DNA of 64,000 nt from the NCBI GenBank assembly GCA_964016885.1, contig OZ024742.1, positions 30,814,001-30,878,000 of the forward strand, given 5' to 3'. Positions within the stretch are counted from its first letter, which is position 1, and each line of letters opens with the position of its first letter. This DNA comes from Eledone cirrhosa (lineage: Eukaryota). The translations under genes were made by a program, and so were the position numbers. The notes below the pieces were generated by a model. That model ran no database searches. It was not told the origin of the DNA and worked only from the letters and a program-made list of their open reading frames with translations. This document shows positions 1-9,542 of the stretch, in pieces.

Positions 1-180
1 CAAGTTAATCTAGCCTTAACTATAAAGTCGCTGACTATCAAGTTATGTTGGGAGGTGTATTCTTCCACAGAAAGGGGGCTTTGTGTTTACAACCATCACT
101 GTATCTTGTCTTCTGGTGAGGATAAAACCTATTTGGCTGGTAAACAAACATATGTGAGAAGCTGCTGTCCCCCATATATA

Positions 181-1103
181 TCATCATCATTTAACGTCCA
201 TTTTCCACGCTAGCATGGGTCTGGACGGGAATTGTCCCACTTGAGGCAAGATTGGTTGTCTTGCTCAGGACTGTCTGGCGGGTTTTCTACGGCTGGATGC
301 CCTTCCTAACACCAACCACGTTTACAGTGTGGACTCGGAGGTTTTTACCGTGTTACCTACACGGCCACATTACAGCGTGGACTGTGTGTTTTTTTGTTGT
401 GACACCTACACGACCTCATTTATTTAGGACTGAATGTTGTGGTACCAACATAGCTTTACATCGAAAGGGATGGTGTAGATGGCGGTGGGGGTAGGGTTAG
501 TGGAACGGGGGTGTATTTTGGTTAAGAGGTGCCTACTGACTGTAGGTTTCGCTTTGTACTTAGGCAAGGCGGGTCTTCTGTATTACTACGTAGCGCCAAA
601 GATCTCGGTCCAGTGACATTGTCTTGGAGAGGTGTAAGTGTGTGAGGTCGGATTTTATCAAGTCGTCCCAGATTTTTCTGGGTCTGCCTACTCCATAGCT
701 ACCGTCTATTTTGATCGCCCTGCACTTTTTTATACAGCTGTCATCTTTCATGCGCATCACGTGACCATACCAATGTAGTCTTCTCTCGAGTAAACAGCAT
801 CTGATCCCTCTTATTCCTAATTTCTCACTTAGTTCATTTATGCTTTGCCGTTCGCGTATATTACTATTAAACATCCAACGGAGCATGCAAGCTTCGTTCC
901 TCTCCAGTCTGCGTAGATCCTCTGCACACAAGGCCCATGTCTCACTGCCATGTAACATTGCTGTTCGTATGCAGGCATCATACAGCCTGTCTTTTATTTT
1001 TAGAGAGAAACCTTTAGCGGCCAATAGTGGTATAAGCTCTCTGAACTTTTTCCATCCCGTTCGGACTCTAGTTACAGTACTTTCAGAGCACCCTCCACCA
1101 CTG

Positions 1104-1108
<5 letters not shown>
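181..1108 (-). mobile_element. 5'-truncated RTE-clade LINE (C-terminal part of ORF2 plus 3' UTR and GAT-repeat tail)
   Basis: ORF 560..1150(-) reads RVRTGWKKFRELIPLL...MLHGSETW...RLERNEACMLRWM...LHWYGHVMRM...GRPRKIW, a typical RTE C-terminus. It is a close copy of 2799-3715. The 5' end stops at a (TA)n tract and the 3' end is ...GGACGTTAAATGATGATGA. Confidence 0.92.
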
Positions 1109-1149
<41 letters not shown>

Positions 1150-1431
1150 AAAATCATCATTTAAGCATCAGTTTTTTTTCATGTATTTTAAACCTGCAAA
1201 GTCCAAGTTTTGGGTTTTAAAGAGAGGGAAGGTGTCTAACAATTTCTGCTTCAAGGTGGGGGACGATCAAATCTGACCAGTAACAGAAAACCAGTGAGTT
1301 GTCTTGAGGTCTTCAACTGCAGTCCGAGGGACTTACACTCTACCAGAGAGTAATCAATGTTGACCTGGAGGGAGGGTTAAGGGCTGTGGATAGGTCTGGG
1401 CTCTTGGAAAGTTTGGGTCTACGAACATGAG

Positions 1432-1800
1432 ATCATCATCACTGTTTTACATCCGTTCTTCCATGTTAGCATGGGTTAGACGGGTTGTCCTGTTGTGGGC
1501 AGTGCCTGGTCGGCTGACCTTGTCTTGCTCATACGAGAACTGATTCTGGCTTGATTTCAACAGTTTGATGCCCTTCCTAACACCAACCTCATTTTTGCCG
1601 TGGCATCTGCACAACCACTTTGCAGTGGAATGATAGGGACCCCAGTCCTATCATCTCATTTCTATAGCTGAGTAAACTGGAGCAATGTGAAATAAAGTGT
1701 CTTGCTCAAGGAAACAACACATCACCTGGTCCGAGAATTGAACTCCATAACCTTTCAATTGCAAACCCAATGCTCTAACCACAAAGCCATGTGTCTTCAT
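1432..1800 (-). mobile_element. tRNA-derived SINE with CORE-like domain and RTE-like 3' tail
   Basis: Reverse complement of the element at 61228-61572. It contains GTTTCCTTGAGCAAGACACTTTATTTCACATTGCTCCAG (CORE-like) and ends in GATGATGAT. Confidence 0.8.
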
Positions 1801-1854
1801 ACTCCCAAGAATCCTCAAGTACCTACAGATCTATTAAGTCCACTTAGCTGTAGT

Positions 1855-2235
1855 GGAGCCACGTGGCCTAATGGTAAGTGTTTTGGACTTATGATCATAA
1901 TGTTGTGGGTTCAATTCCTGGACTAGGTTGTATGTTGTGTTCTTGAGCAAAACACTTCATTTCATGTTAGTACCAGCTGTAGCTGGAGGTTTAACCCTGC
2001 GATGGACTGCTATCCTGTCCAGGTGAGCGGGGTTGTACTCTCATTCACTTCATGCCACAAACTGGGATAAGCACCAACCTGACGAACCTACGGGCTCAAG
2101 ACAGACTTTAACCCTGTGATAGACAGGTGTCCTGTCCATGGAAGTCTTTTACTTAGAGTTGCTTCATGCCACGGTAACCAGGATAAGCACTGGCTGATGA
2201 GCCTGCAGGCTCGAGACAGACCATAACCCTGTGTT
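1855..2235 (+). mobile_element. tRNA-derived SINE (CORE-like segment, then a V-domain-like segment that is partly duplicated)
   Basis: A-box TGGCCTAATGG and B-box GGTTCAATTCC, then TGTGTTCTTGAGCAAAACACTT, then CCCTGCGATGGACTG...CCAGG. The 3' segment is repeated at 2110-2230. A similar copy lies at 18780-19010. Confidence 0.7.
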
Positions 2236-2798
2236 AGACTTTAGACTTTTAGACTGTAGAGGAAGGTTTCAAATGTAAAGTGAGTAGCCATCTTTGTAGA
2301 TGGCTTGGCTTGTCACACAATTTGAGCAGCATTAGATTGTATAGAAGCTCAAACGTCCATTCAACTCATTTCCACGCTATATACTTGTGTAGCTGACTTG
2401 TGTATATATACATGTACACAAGTCAGCTAGTCTCCTCTTCTGGTCATATAGTATGCACCCGTCCTATTGCTTCTCCAGCCAGACCAAGGACACTTAGCAA
2501 GCTGTTGTTGTAATGAGGTAGTGCTGGTGCCATGGCAAAATGCACCTAGCATGTAAAGTGGTAGTGACAGTACCATGATGAAAGGGACCCAGTCCATCTT
2601 GTAAGGTGATAGTGGTAGACTCCCAATGAAATACTCCCTGTACATGGTCACCTGATCTGTCTAGCCTCAGCAAACAACAACCCATCTAACCCATGCAAGC
2701 ATGGAAAATAGAAGTTAGATAGTTATGATGATGTTGATGATGATAATATTTAACCCATGCCAGCATGGAAAATGAACATTAAATGGTGATGATATATA

Positions 2799-5421
2799 TC
2801 ATCATCATCATCATCATCAACGTTTAACGTCCGTGTTCCACGCTTGCATGGGTTTGGACGGGGGTAGTCCCACTTGAGGCAAGAGTGATTGTCTTGCTCG
2901 CATAGGACTGTCTGGCAGGTTTTCTACAGTTGGATGCCCTTCCTAACACCAACCACATTTACAGTGTGGGTCTGGGAGGTTTTTACTGTGTTGCCTACAC
3001 GGCCACATTACAGCGTAGACTGTGTGTTTTTTTGTCGTGACACCTACACGATCTCATTTGTTTCGGCCTGGATGGCGCGGCACCAACATAACTTTACATA
3101 GAACGGGGTGGTGTGGATGGGGTGGGGGTGGTGGTGGGACGGGGTGTATTTTGTTAGAGATGCCTACTGGCAAGGCGGGTCTTCTCTGTTACTGAGTACC
3201 GCCAAAGGTCTCGGTCCAGTGACATTGTCTTGGAGAGGTGTAAGTGTGTGAGGTCGGAGTTTATCAGCTCATCCCAGGTTTTTCTAGGTCTGCCTATTCC
3301 GTGGCTACCGTCTATCTTTATTGCCCTGCACTTTGTTATACAGCTATCGACTTTCATGCGCATCACGTGTCCATACCAACGCAGCCTTCTCTTGAGTAAA
3401 CAACATCTGATCCCTCTTATCTCTAATTTTTTCCTTAGTTCGTTTATGCTTTGCCGTTCACGTATATTACTGTTACACATCCAGCGGAGCATGCAAGCTT
3501 CGTTCCTCTCTAGTCTGCGTATATCCTCTGCACACAATGCCCAGGTCTCACTACCATGCAACATTGCTGTTCGTATGCAGGCATCGTACAACCTGCCTTT
3601 CATTTTTAGGGAGAACCCTTTAGCAGCTAATAGTGGTATAAGCTCTCTGAACTTTTTCCAACCAGTTCTGACTCTAGCTACAGTACTTTCAGAGCACCCT
3701 CCCCCACTGCTGATTTTATCGCCCAGGTAACGGAAGCTGTCCACTATTTCTATAGAACCCTCTGCGCAATTGAAAGAGCTAGTATTTTGTGGGCACTTGC
3801 TGCTACTTATTGCACCAGAACACCGGCCACATGTAAAATCTATGTTCTTAGTTAGCTTACCTGTGATCCCACTACATCTTTTATGCACCCATACTTTGCA
3901 TTTAGGACATAAAATGGAGTTTCTACCTACGCCTTTCCTACACACCGAGCACGACCATTTCCCAGAAGGGACCGCCGCCTTGTTTTCTTTCCTACAAACT
4001 AGAACTTTGGTCTTAGCCAGGTTAATTTTAAGGCCTTTTGACTCTAGGCCGTGCTTCCATGTTTTGGAATTTCTTCTCTAGCTCGGCCATTGATTCCGCT
4101 ATGAGTGTCAGGTCGTCTGCGTATAGGAGTTCCCATGGGCAGCCTGTCTTGAACTCCTCTGTTATAGCCTGAAGGGCAATAATAAATAGTAGGGGGCTGA
4201 GAACAGAGCCCTGATGGACGCCAACTTTTACGCTAAACTCTTCACTATATTCGTTGTTAATTCTAACCTTGCTGACTGTTTCTTTATACATGGCTTGTAT
4301 AGCCCTCACAAGCCATTCGTCAACGCCTAGTTTTCTAAGAGCCCACCAGATAATGGAGCGGGGGACTCTGTCGAAGGCTTTCTCCAGGTCGACAAAAGCT
4401 AAATAGAGGGGTTTACCTTTAGCTAGGTACTTCTCCTGTAGTTGTCGTACTATGAAAAGAGCGTCTGTGGTGCTTTTGCCTGACACAAACCCGAACTGCA
4501 TTTCATCTAGGTCAATTCTCTCTCTGATTAGTTGCGCTATTACTTTTTCCGTGACCTTCATGACCTGGTCGATTAATTTAATGCCTCTATAGTTACTCCT
4601 ATCTAGGGCGTCTCCTTTACCCTTATAACAGTTAACGATGATGCTGCTATGCCAGTCCTTCGGAACAACCCCATTCTGTACGACTTGGTTAACTATGCGG
4701 GTGACCATGGTGTGTCCCACCGTGCCAGATGCCTTCAGCATCTCAGCAACTATTTCCGAAGGCCCAGCCGCCTTACCCGTCTTCATATCCTTGATTGCCT
4801 TACTTATTATACTCCCCTCGACTAACACTGCTGGTCCCTCTATTGGGTCGATATGGGGGAGACTGTCTTTCTCCCATTTATTCTCCTCATTTAGTAGCCT
4901 TTCATAGTGACACTTCCAAGCTACCTTCTTATCAGTGTCGGTGATGGCAAGTATGCCATCATCGTTAAGTACACACTTCTCCCCGACAATATCACGGTTT
5001 TCCTTGACGCATTGCCTAGCAATCCTGAACACCTCACGTTTTTGGTCATCGCGTTGTAGAACATGCTTGAACTTTCTTTCCTCAGCTTCCCTTCTTGCTA
5101 AGTACACTTCTCTCCTAGCTTCCCTCCTGGCCACTTGATAGTCTACTCTACTCCCCCCATCCCGCCATACTTTCCAAGCCTGCTTTTTGGCCTTAATTGA
5201 CCCCTCCACCTTACTGTTCCACCACCATGTTACTCTCCTCCTGCCTACAGGCCTGCTCCAGCCACAGACTTCGTCTGTCGCCAACAGCAGGTTTGCTTTC
5301 AGAAATTCCCACTGTTCCTCTATATTGTACGACTGTAATTGCTCTTCCTTACTGTCGAAAGCATCAAGTAATATGCTTTGAAATTTATTTCTGGCTGTGG
5401 GGTCCTTTAGTTTCCATATTT

Positions 5422-5422
<1 letters not shown>
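2799..5422 (-). mobile_element. RTE-clade LINE, 5'-truncated, near-intact reverse transcriptase with one frameshift
   Basis: ORF 4028..5602(-) carries RT motifs KAAGP, YKGKGD..NYRGIKL, QFGF, FVDLEKAFDRV, GVHQGSVLSPLLF and LLYADD. After a 1-nt insertion at ~4061-4064 it continues into ORF 3154..3945(-) (FRYLG...WYGHVMRM...GRPRKTW). The 3' UTR ends in a (GAT)n tail and the 5' end is truncated in (TA)n. Confidence 0.96.
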
Positions 5423-5470
<48 letters not shown>

Positions 5471-5584
5471 TGTGTGTGTGTGTGTGTAGAAAGAGAGAAG
5501 GAGAGAGAGAGATAAAGCAATTAAGGACATGAAAGTGGGGTAGGCAGTTAGAAACATCTGGCGTGGTTGGTTATGAAGATAGTC

Positions 5585-7312
5585 AAATTCCCAATTAATC
5601 AAGTAATACAGAGTGGTGTCATATCTAAAAACTGGTGCAGCAGTGTCATTGTAAATTGCTTTAAAGGCAGGGGAGATGAATTAGAGAGAAGTAACTACAG
5701 GGGTATCCAGTTGATAGACCAGGCCATAAAGGTTGCTGAAAGGGTTCCAGCACAACTAATTAAGGACAGAATTAAGTTAAATGATGTGCAGTTGGGATTT
5801 ATGCAAGGTAGGGGTACTATTGATGCCCTCTTTCTGCTGAGACAATTGCAGGAGAGGTATGTAGCTAAGAATAAGTCGCTGTATCTGGCATTTGTAGATC
5901 TGGGGAGGGCCTTTGACAGGGTTCTATGATCTGTTATCTGGTGGCCACTTAGAACGCTAAGTGTAGATGAATGGCTTATGAAGGCCATTCAAGTTATGTA
6001 TAAAGGTGTAACTAGCAAAGTGAGAGTTGGCAATGAGTACAGTAATGAATTTGAAGTGCATGTGTGGGTCCACCATGGCTCAGTCCTCAGTCTAATTCTG
6101 TTTGTCATTGTTCTTCAGGCCATCCCTAAGGAGTTTAAAACAAGTAAAGCATTGGATGCTGATGTCCTAGTCCTCATAGCTGAATCTGTGGGAGAGTTAG
6201 AGAAAAAATTCAAAACATGGAAGTAAAACATAGAGTTGAAAGGCCCAATAGAAAACTTAGCAAAGATGAGTCTTAATAAGTAAGAAAGAAGACAGAAAGC
6301 TGATACCATCAGGGAAGAAGCCTTGTTCAATATGCCAGGAAGAGGTGTGCAGAAACTCCATAAGGTGCACACAATGTAAATAATGGACATGTAAGAGATG
6401 TAGTGAGATTACAGGTAGGATAATGGAGAAGATAGACATTGTATGTGGCTGGTGCACAGGAGAGGTAAACACTAAGAGCACATGTGAAATAGATTACCTC
6501 AGTTGCCAGGGAGGCTCTTTACAAATTGTTGATAGGTTTTGTTGTCTATGTGATTTAATCAGCAGTGGGGGAGAATGAACTGAAAGTGGAATAGCCAGGA
6601 TAAGAACAGACTGGAAAATAGTCTAGAGTTGATACTTCTGCTGATAATAAAGGGTTTCTCTCTCAGAGGGAAGGGAAGACTGTAAATGTCTGTGTGAAAA
6701 CTGCAATGCTACATGGCAGTGAAACATGGACCCTGACTGCAGAAGACGTGCGAAGGCTAGAAAGAAATGAAGTGAGTATACACTGATGGATGTATAATGC
6801 TAGAGTGCATGAATAACGTAGCATAAGAGAGCTAAGAAAAACACTTGACATAAATGGAATTGGATGTAGTGTGCAAGAGAGAAGACTGGTGGTATGGCCA
6901 TGTGATGTGTATGGAAGATAACAGTTGCATAATGAAATGAAAAGAAATTTCAGTTGCTGAAACTCGTGGAAGAGGTAGACTCAGGAAAATTTGGAATGAG
7001 GTAGTGAAGACTGAACTTCAGAAGTTGTACCTCACAACTGTGATGTGACCAGCATCCTCTAGCACTCCTAAGTAGCTATCCTTGCCATCACTGTACACCC
7101 TCATTTCATCCACACACCATCATTACACCCACCACACCATCTTGACACACTGTTGAGTTCCCCTCCCCTATGCTAATGACCACTCCATCCAACCCCTGCT
7201 CACACTATCACCTCTTTGTAGCTATTCTCACCATCACTACATCCCTCTTCTCTAAAATCCTGACACACCTGATAATGGGACAACTTTGGGCATTAAACAG
7301 TGATGATGAAGA

Positions 7313-7315
<3 letters not shown>
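5585..7315 (+). mobile_element. Older, degraded RTE-clade LINE copy (RT pseudogene), head-to-head with the previous copy
   Basis: ORF pieces 5567..5929 (NYRGIQLIDQ...FVDLGRAFDRV) and 5978..6226 (HHGSVLS), then CATGGCAGTGAAACATGG (HGSETW) and GGTAGACTCAGGAAAATTTGG, interrupted by many stops and frameshifts. A GAT-type tail lies near 7300. Confidence 0.88.
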
Positions 7316-7355
<40 letters not shown>

Positions 7356-7477
7356 GTAGGAGGTGAGTTTTATTGTAGTACAATAAAGCAATGCAGATAT
7401 CGGATAATAAGCACTCTACAGTTTGTAGGACTGGAGTATACATAATATATAAGAACAAAAGATGGTTAAAAGAGTTC

Positions 7478-7554
7478 CATGTATTTTATTATGCGCATTT
7501 CAAAAACAAATATCATCATGCAATAATATTTGTGTTTTCATCAGATAAAACATG
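7478..7554 (-). ncRNA. Type I hammerhead ribozyme (family A), predicted AUA cleavage between 7490 and 7489
   Basis: Minus strand: CATGTTTTAT-CTGATGA-[36-nt stem II]-GAAA-TGCGCA-TA^ATAAAATACATG. Exact mirror of 7674-7750. Confidence 0.85.
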
Positions 7555-7673
7555 AAGACATGATATGAAGGTTAAAAAACACTTGTGGATAGTGCAGTTT
7601 TAAATCAACATATGATATGTTGATTTAAAACTGCACTATCCACAAGTGTTTTTTAACCTTCATATCATGTCTT

Positions 7674-7750
7674 CATGTTTTATCTGATGAAAACACAAAT
7701 ATTATTGCATGATGATATTTGTTTTTGAAATGCGCATAATAAAATACATG
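7674..7750 (+). ncRNA. Type I hammerhead ribozyme (family A), predicted AUA cleavage after 7738
   Basis: Stem I is TTTTAT(7678-83)/ATAAAA(7739-44), extended by CATG/CATG. Core CTGATGA 7684-7690. Stem II 7691-7726 (~15 bp including G-U). GAAA 7727-7730. Minimal palindromic stem III TGCGCA. NUH triplet ATA 7736-7738. Confidence 0.87.
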
Positions 7751-7774
7751 GAACTCTTTTAACCATCTTTTGTT

Positions 7775-7813
<39 letters not shown>

Positions 7814-7815
<2 letters not shown>

Positions 7816-8003
7816 AAATGAAGTAATTCCGTCGGAAGAGTCCAGGAAAAAAGAGTGCTCTATGTAGGTAACAGAGCTTAATAGTTATGTAATGAACAAC
7901 ATAAGGCAATTATTCCATTTACCAGTGGTTTCTTAAAAGCAAAAAATTTTGCTTTCAATCCTCAGAATGAAAAAATCCTGGTCTGTTTATTGAATTTGGA
8001 TTT
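7814..8003 (-). mobile_element. (TA)n-embedded Penelope-like element 3' end (family B)
   Basis: Flanked by TA tracts and contains a hammerhead at 7913-7972. Its 3' terminal ~70 bp recur in the opposite orientation at 16133-16203, again inside (TA)n. Confidence 0.65.
7913..7972 (-). ncRNA. Type I hammerhead ribozyme (family B), predicted GUA cleavage between 7920 and 7919
   Basis: Minus strand: TTTCATT-CTGAGGA-TTGAAAGCAAAATTTTTTGCTTTTAA-GAAA-CCACTGG-TA^AATGGAA. Stem I has 7 pairs (one G-U), stem II is a long hairpin, and stem III is quasi-palindromic CCACTGG. Confidence 0.82.
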
Positions 8004-8024
8004 ATATATATATATACAAAATAC

Positions 8025-8700
8025 CATCAACATCAGTCATCACAGTTTAACATCTATTTTTCCATGCTAGCATTGCTTAGACGAGTTTCCTGTTGTGAGA
8101 CAAGTTAGGTCTTGCTCACACAGAACTGTTTCTGGTTTGGTTTCTATGGCTGGATGCCCTTCCTAATGCCAACCATGTTCACAGTGTGGACTGGGAACTT
8201 TTTTCATGACATTAAAACAACCGACTAACAGGTTCGACTGGTATTTTTTTGTGACATTTACATGACCATTTTACAGTGTTGACTAGGGTTTTTTGTTGTC
8301 ACCAACACGCCCACTTAACAGTGTAGACTGGTTGCTTTTTGTTGTATCACCAACACGACCACATAACAGTGTGGACTGGGTGCTTCTTGTGGTGTCACCA
8401 ACGCAACCACTTTACAGTGTGGCCTGGTAGCTTTCTGTCATGTCACCAACACAACCACATTTACAGGGTGGACTGGTTGCTTTTTGTCACTAACATGACC
8501 ACATTTACAATGTGGATTGGGTGCTTTTTGTGGTGTCACCAACACAACCACTTTACAGTGTGGATTGGATGCTTTTTCTCATGTCATTAACACAACCACT
8601 TTACAGGGTGGACTGGTTGCTTTTTGTTGTGTCACCAACACGTCCACTTTACCGTGTGGACTGGGTATTTTTGTACTGTCACCAGCACGCCCACTTTATA
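8025..8700. repeat. RTE-tail/SINE fragment expanded into a ~48-bp degenerate minisatellite
   Basis: About 9-10 copies of TGTCACCAACACGACCACTTTACAGTGTGGACTGGGTGCTTTT follow a CTGGATGCCCTTCCTAATGCCAACC repeat segment. Confidence 0.8.
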
Positions 8701-9080
8701 TATATAGCGACATTAAAGAAATAAAAATATATTTCTGTTACTAGAAGTATATAAAATTAGATAAGCAAGTTTTTGTTAATATATAAATTGTGTGACCATG
8801 TTTTGTCTATACACTTCCATTACAACTGATTAGCATTGCTATATTGTCAACAGATAAAACTTTTCATACATTCAAATACATATACATACATCAACACACA
8901 AACATATATATATATATATGGATATTTACACACGTTTATATGTGTGTATACATATATGAAGATGTGTGTATGTATTTATATATGTATTCATATATCTATA
9001 TATATATATCATACACGTGTATATATGTATATATGTATATATATATAATATATAAGATCAAAAGATGGTTAAAGGAGTTC

Positions 9081-9156
9081 CATGTATTTTATTATGCGCA
9101 TTTCAAAAACAAACATCATCATGCAATAATATTTGTGTTTTCATCAGATAAAACAG
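9081..9156 (-). ncRNA. Type I hammerhead ribozyme (family A), predicted cleavage between 9093 and 9092
   Basis: On +: TCATCAG 9141-9147, TTTC 9101-9104, TATGCGCA 9093-9100. Mirror of 9263-9338. Confidence 0.85.
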
Positions 9157-9262
9157 GAGAACATGATATGAAGGCTAAAAAACACTTGTGGATAGTGCAG
9201 TTTTAAATCAACATATATCTGCACTATCCACAAGTGTTTTTTAGCCTTCATATCATGTTCTC

Positions 9263-9338
9263 CTGTTTTATCTGATGAAAACACAAATATTATTGCATGA
9301 TGATGTTTGTTTTTGAAATGCGCATAATAAAATACATG
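9263..9338 (+). ncRNA. Type I hammerhead ribozyme (family A), predicted AUA cleavage after 9326
   Basis: TTTTAT, then CTGATGA(9272-78), stem II(9279-9314), GAAA(9315-18), TGCGCA-TA^ATAAAA. The one stem II difference from the 7.7-kb copy turns U-A into U-G. Confidence 0.86.
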
Positions 9339-9542
9339 GAACTCCTTTAACCATCTTTTGATCTTATATATTATGTATACTCCAGTCCTACAAACTGTAG
9401 AGTGCTTCTTATCCGATATCTGCATTGCTTTATTGTACTACAATAAAACTCACCTCCTACATATATATATATATATATATATATATGCGCACATTAGTAA
9501 AAAACGAGTGCGTGTTTGCCAAAATATAGATTCAATGCTTAT

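Larger units (their letters stand above)
7333..7783. mobile_element. (TA)n-embedded Penelope-like element 3' end (family A) with an inverted duplicate, forming a 339-bp perfect palindrome
   Basis: 7445-7613 is the exact reverse complement of 7615-7783, with a single central G at 7614. Each arm carries a hammerhead motif. The long arm, read on the minus strand, ends ...CAATAAAACTCACCTCCTACATT(AT)n. The PLE assignment is inferred from the minimal hammerhead plus inverted arrangement. Confidence 0.75.
9045..9461. mobile_element. Second family A element with inverted duplicate: 156-bp arms (9045-9200 and 9219-9374), 18-bp spacer
   Basis: The arms are exact reverse complements. The long arm continues on + to ...TACAATAAAACTCACCTCCTAC(AT)n. 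The whole element is inverted relative to the 7333-7783 copy. Confidence 0.75.

Noticed and set aside
2079-2225. CTGACGA (2079) and CTGATGAGCCTGCAGGCTCGAGAC (~2194) as hammerheads
   Set aside because: No GAAA follows the hairpin and there is no stem I or III closure. This is the 3' stem-loop of a SINE.
840-5430. + strand ORFs overlapping the RTE copies (840..1220, 3230..3730, 4638..4907, etc.)
   Set aside because: Antisense shadows of the LINE ORF.
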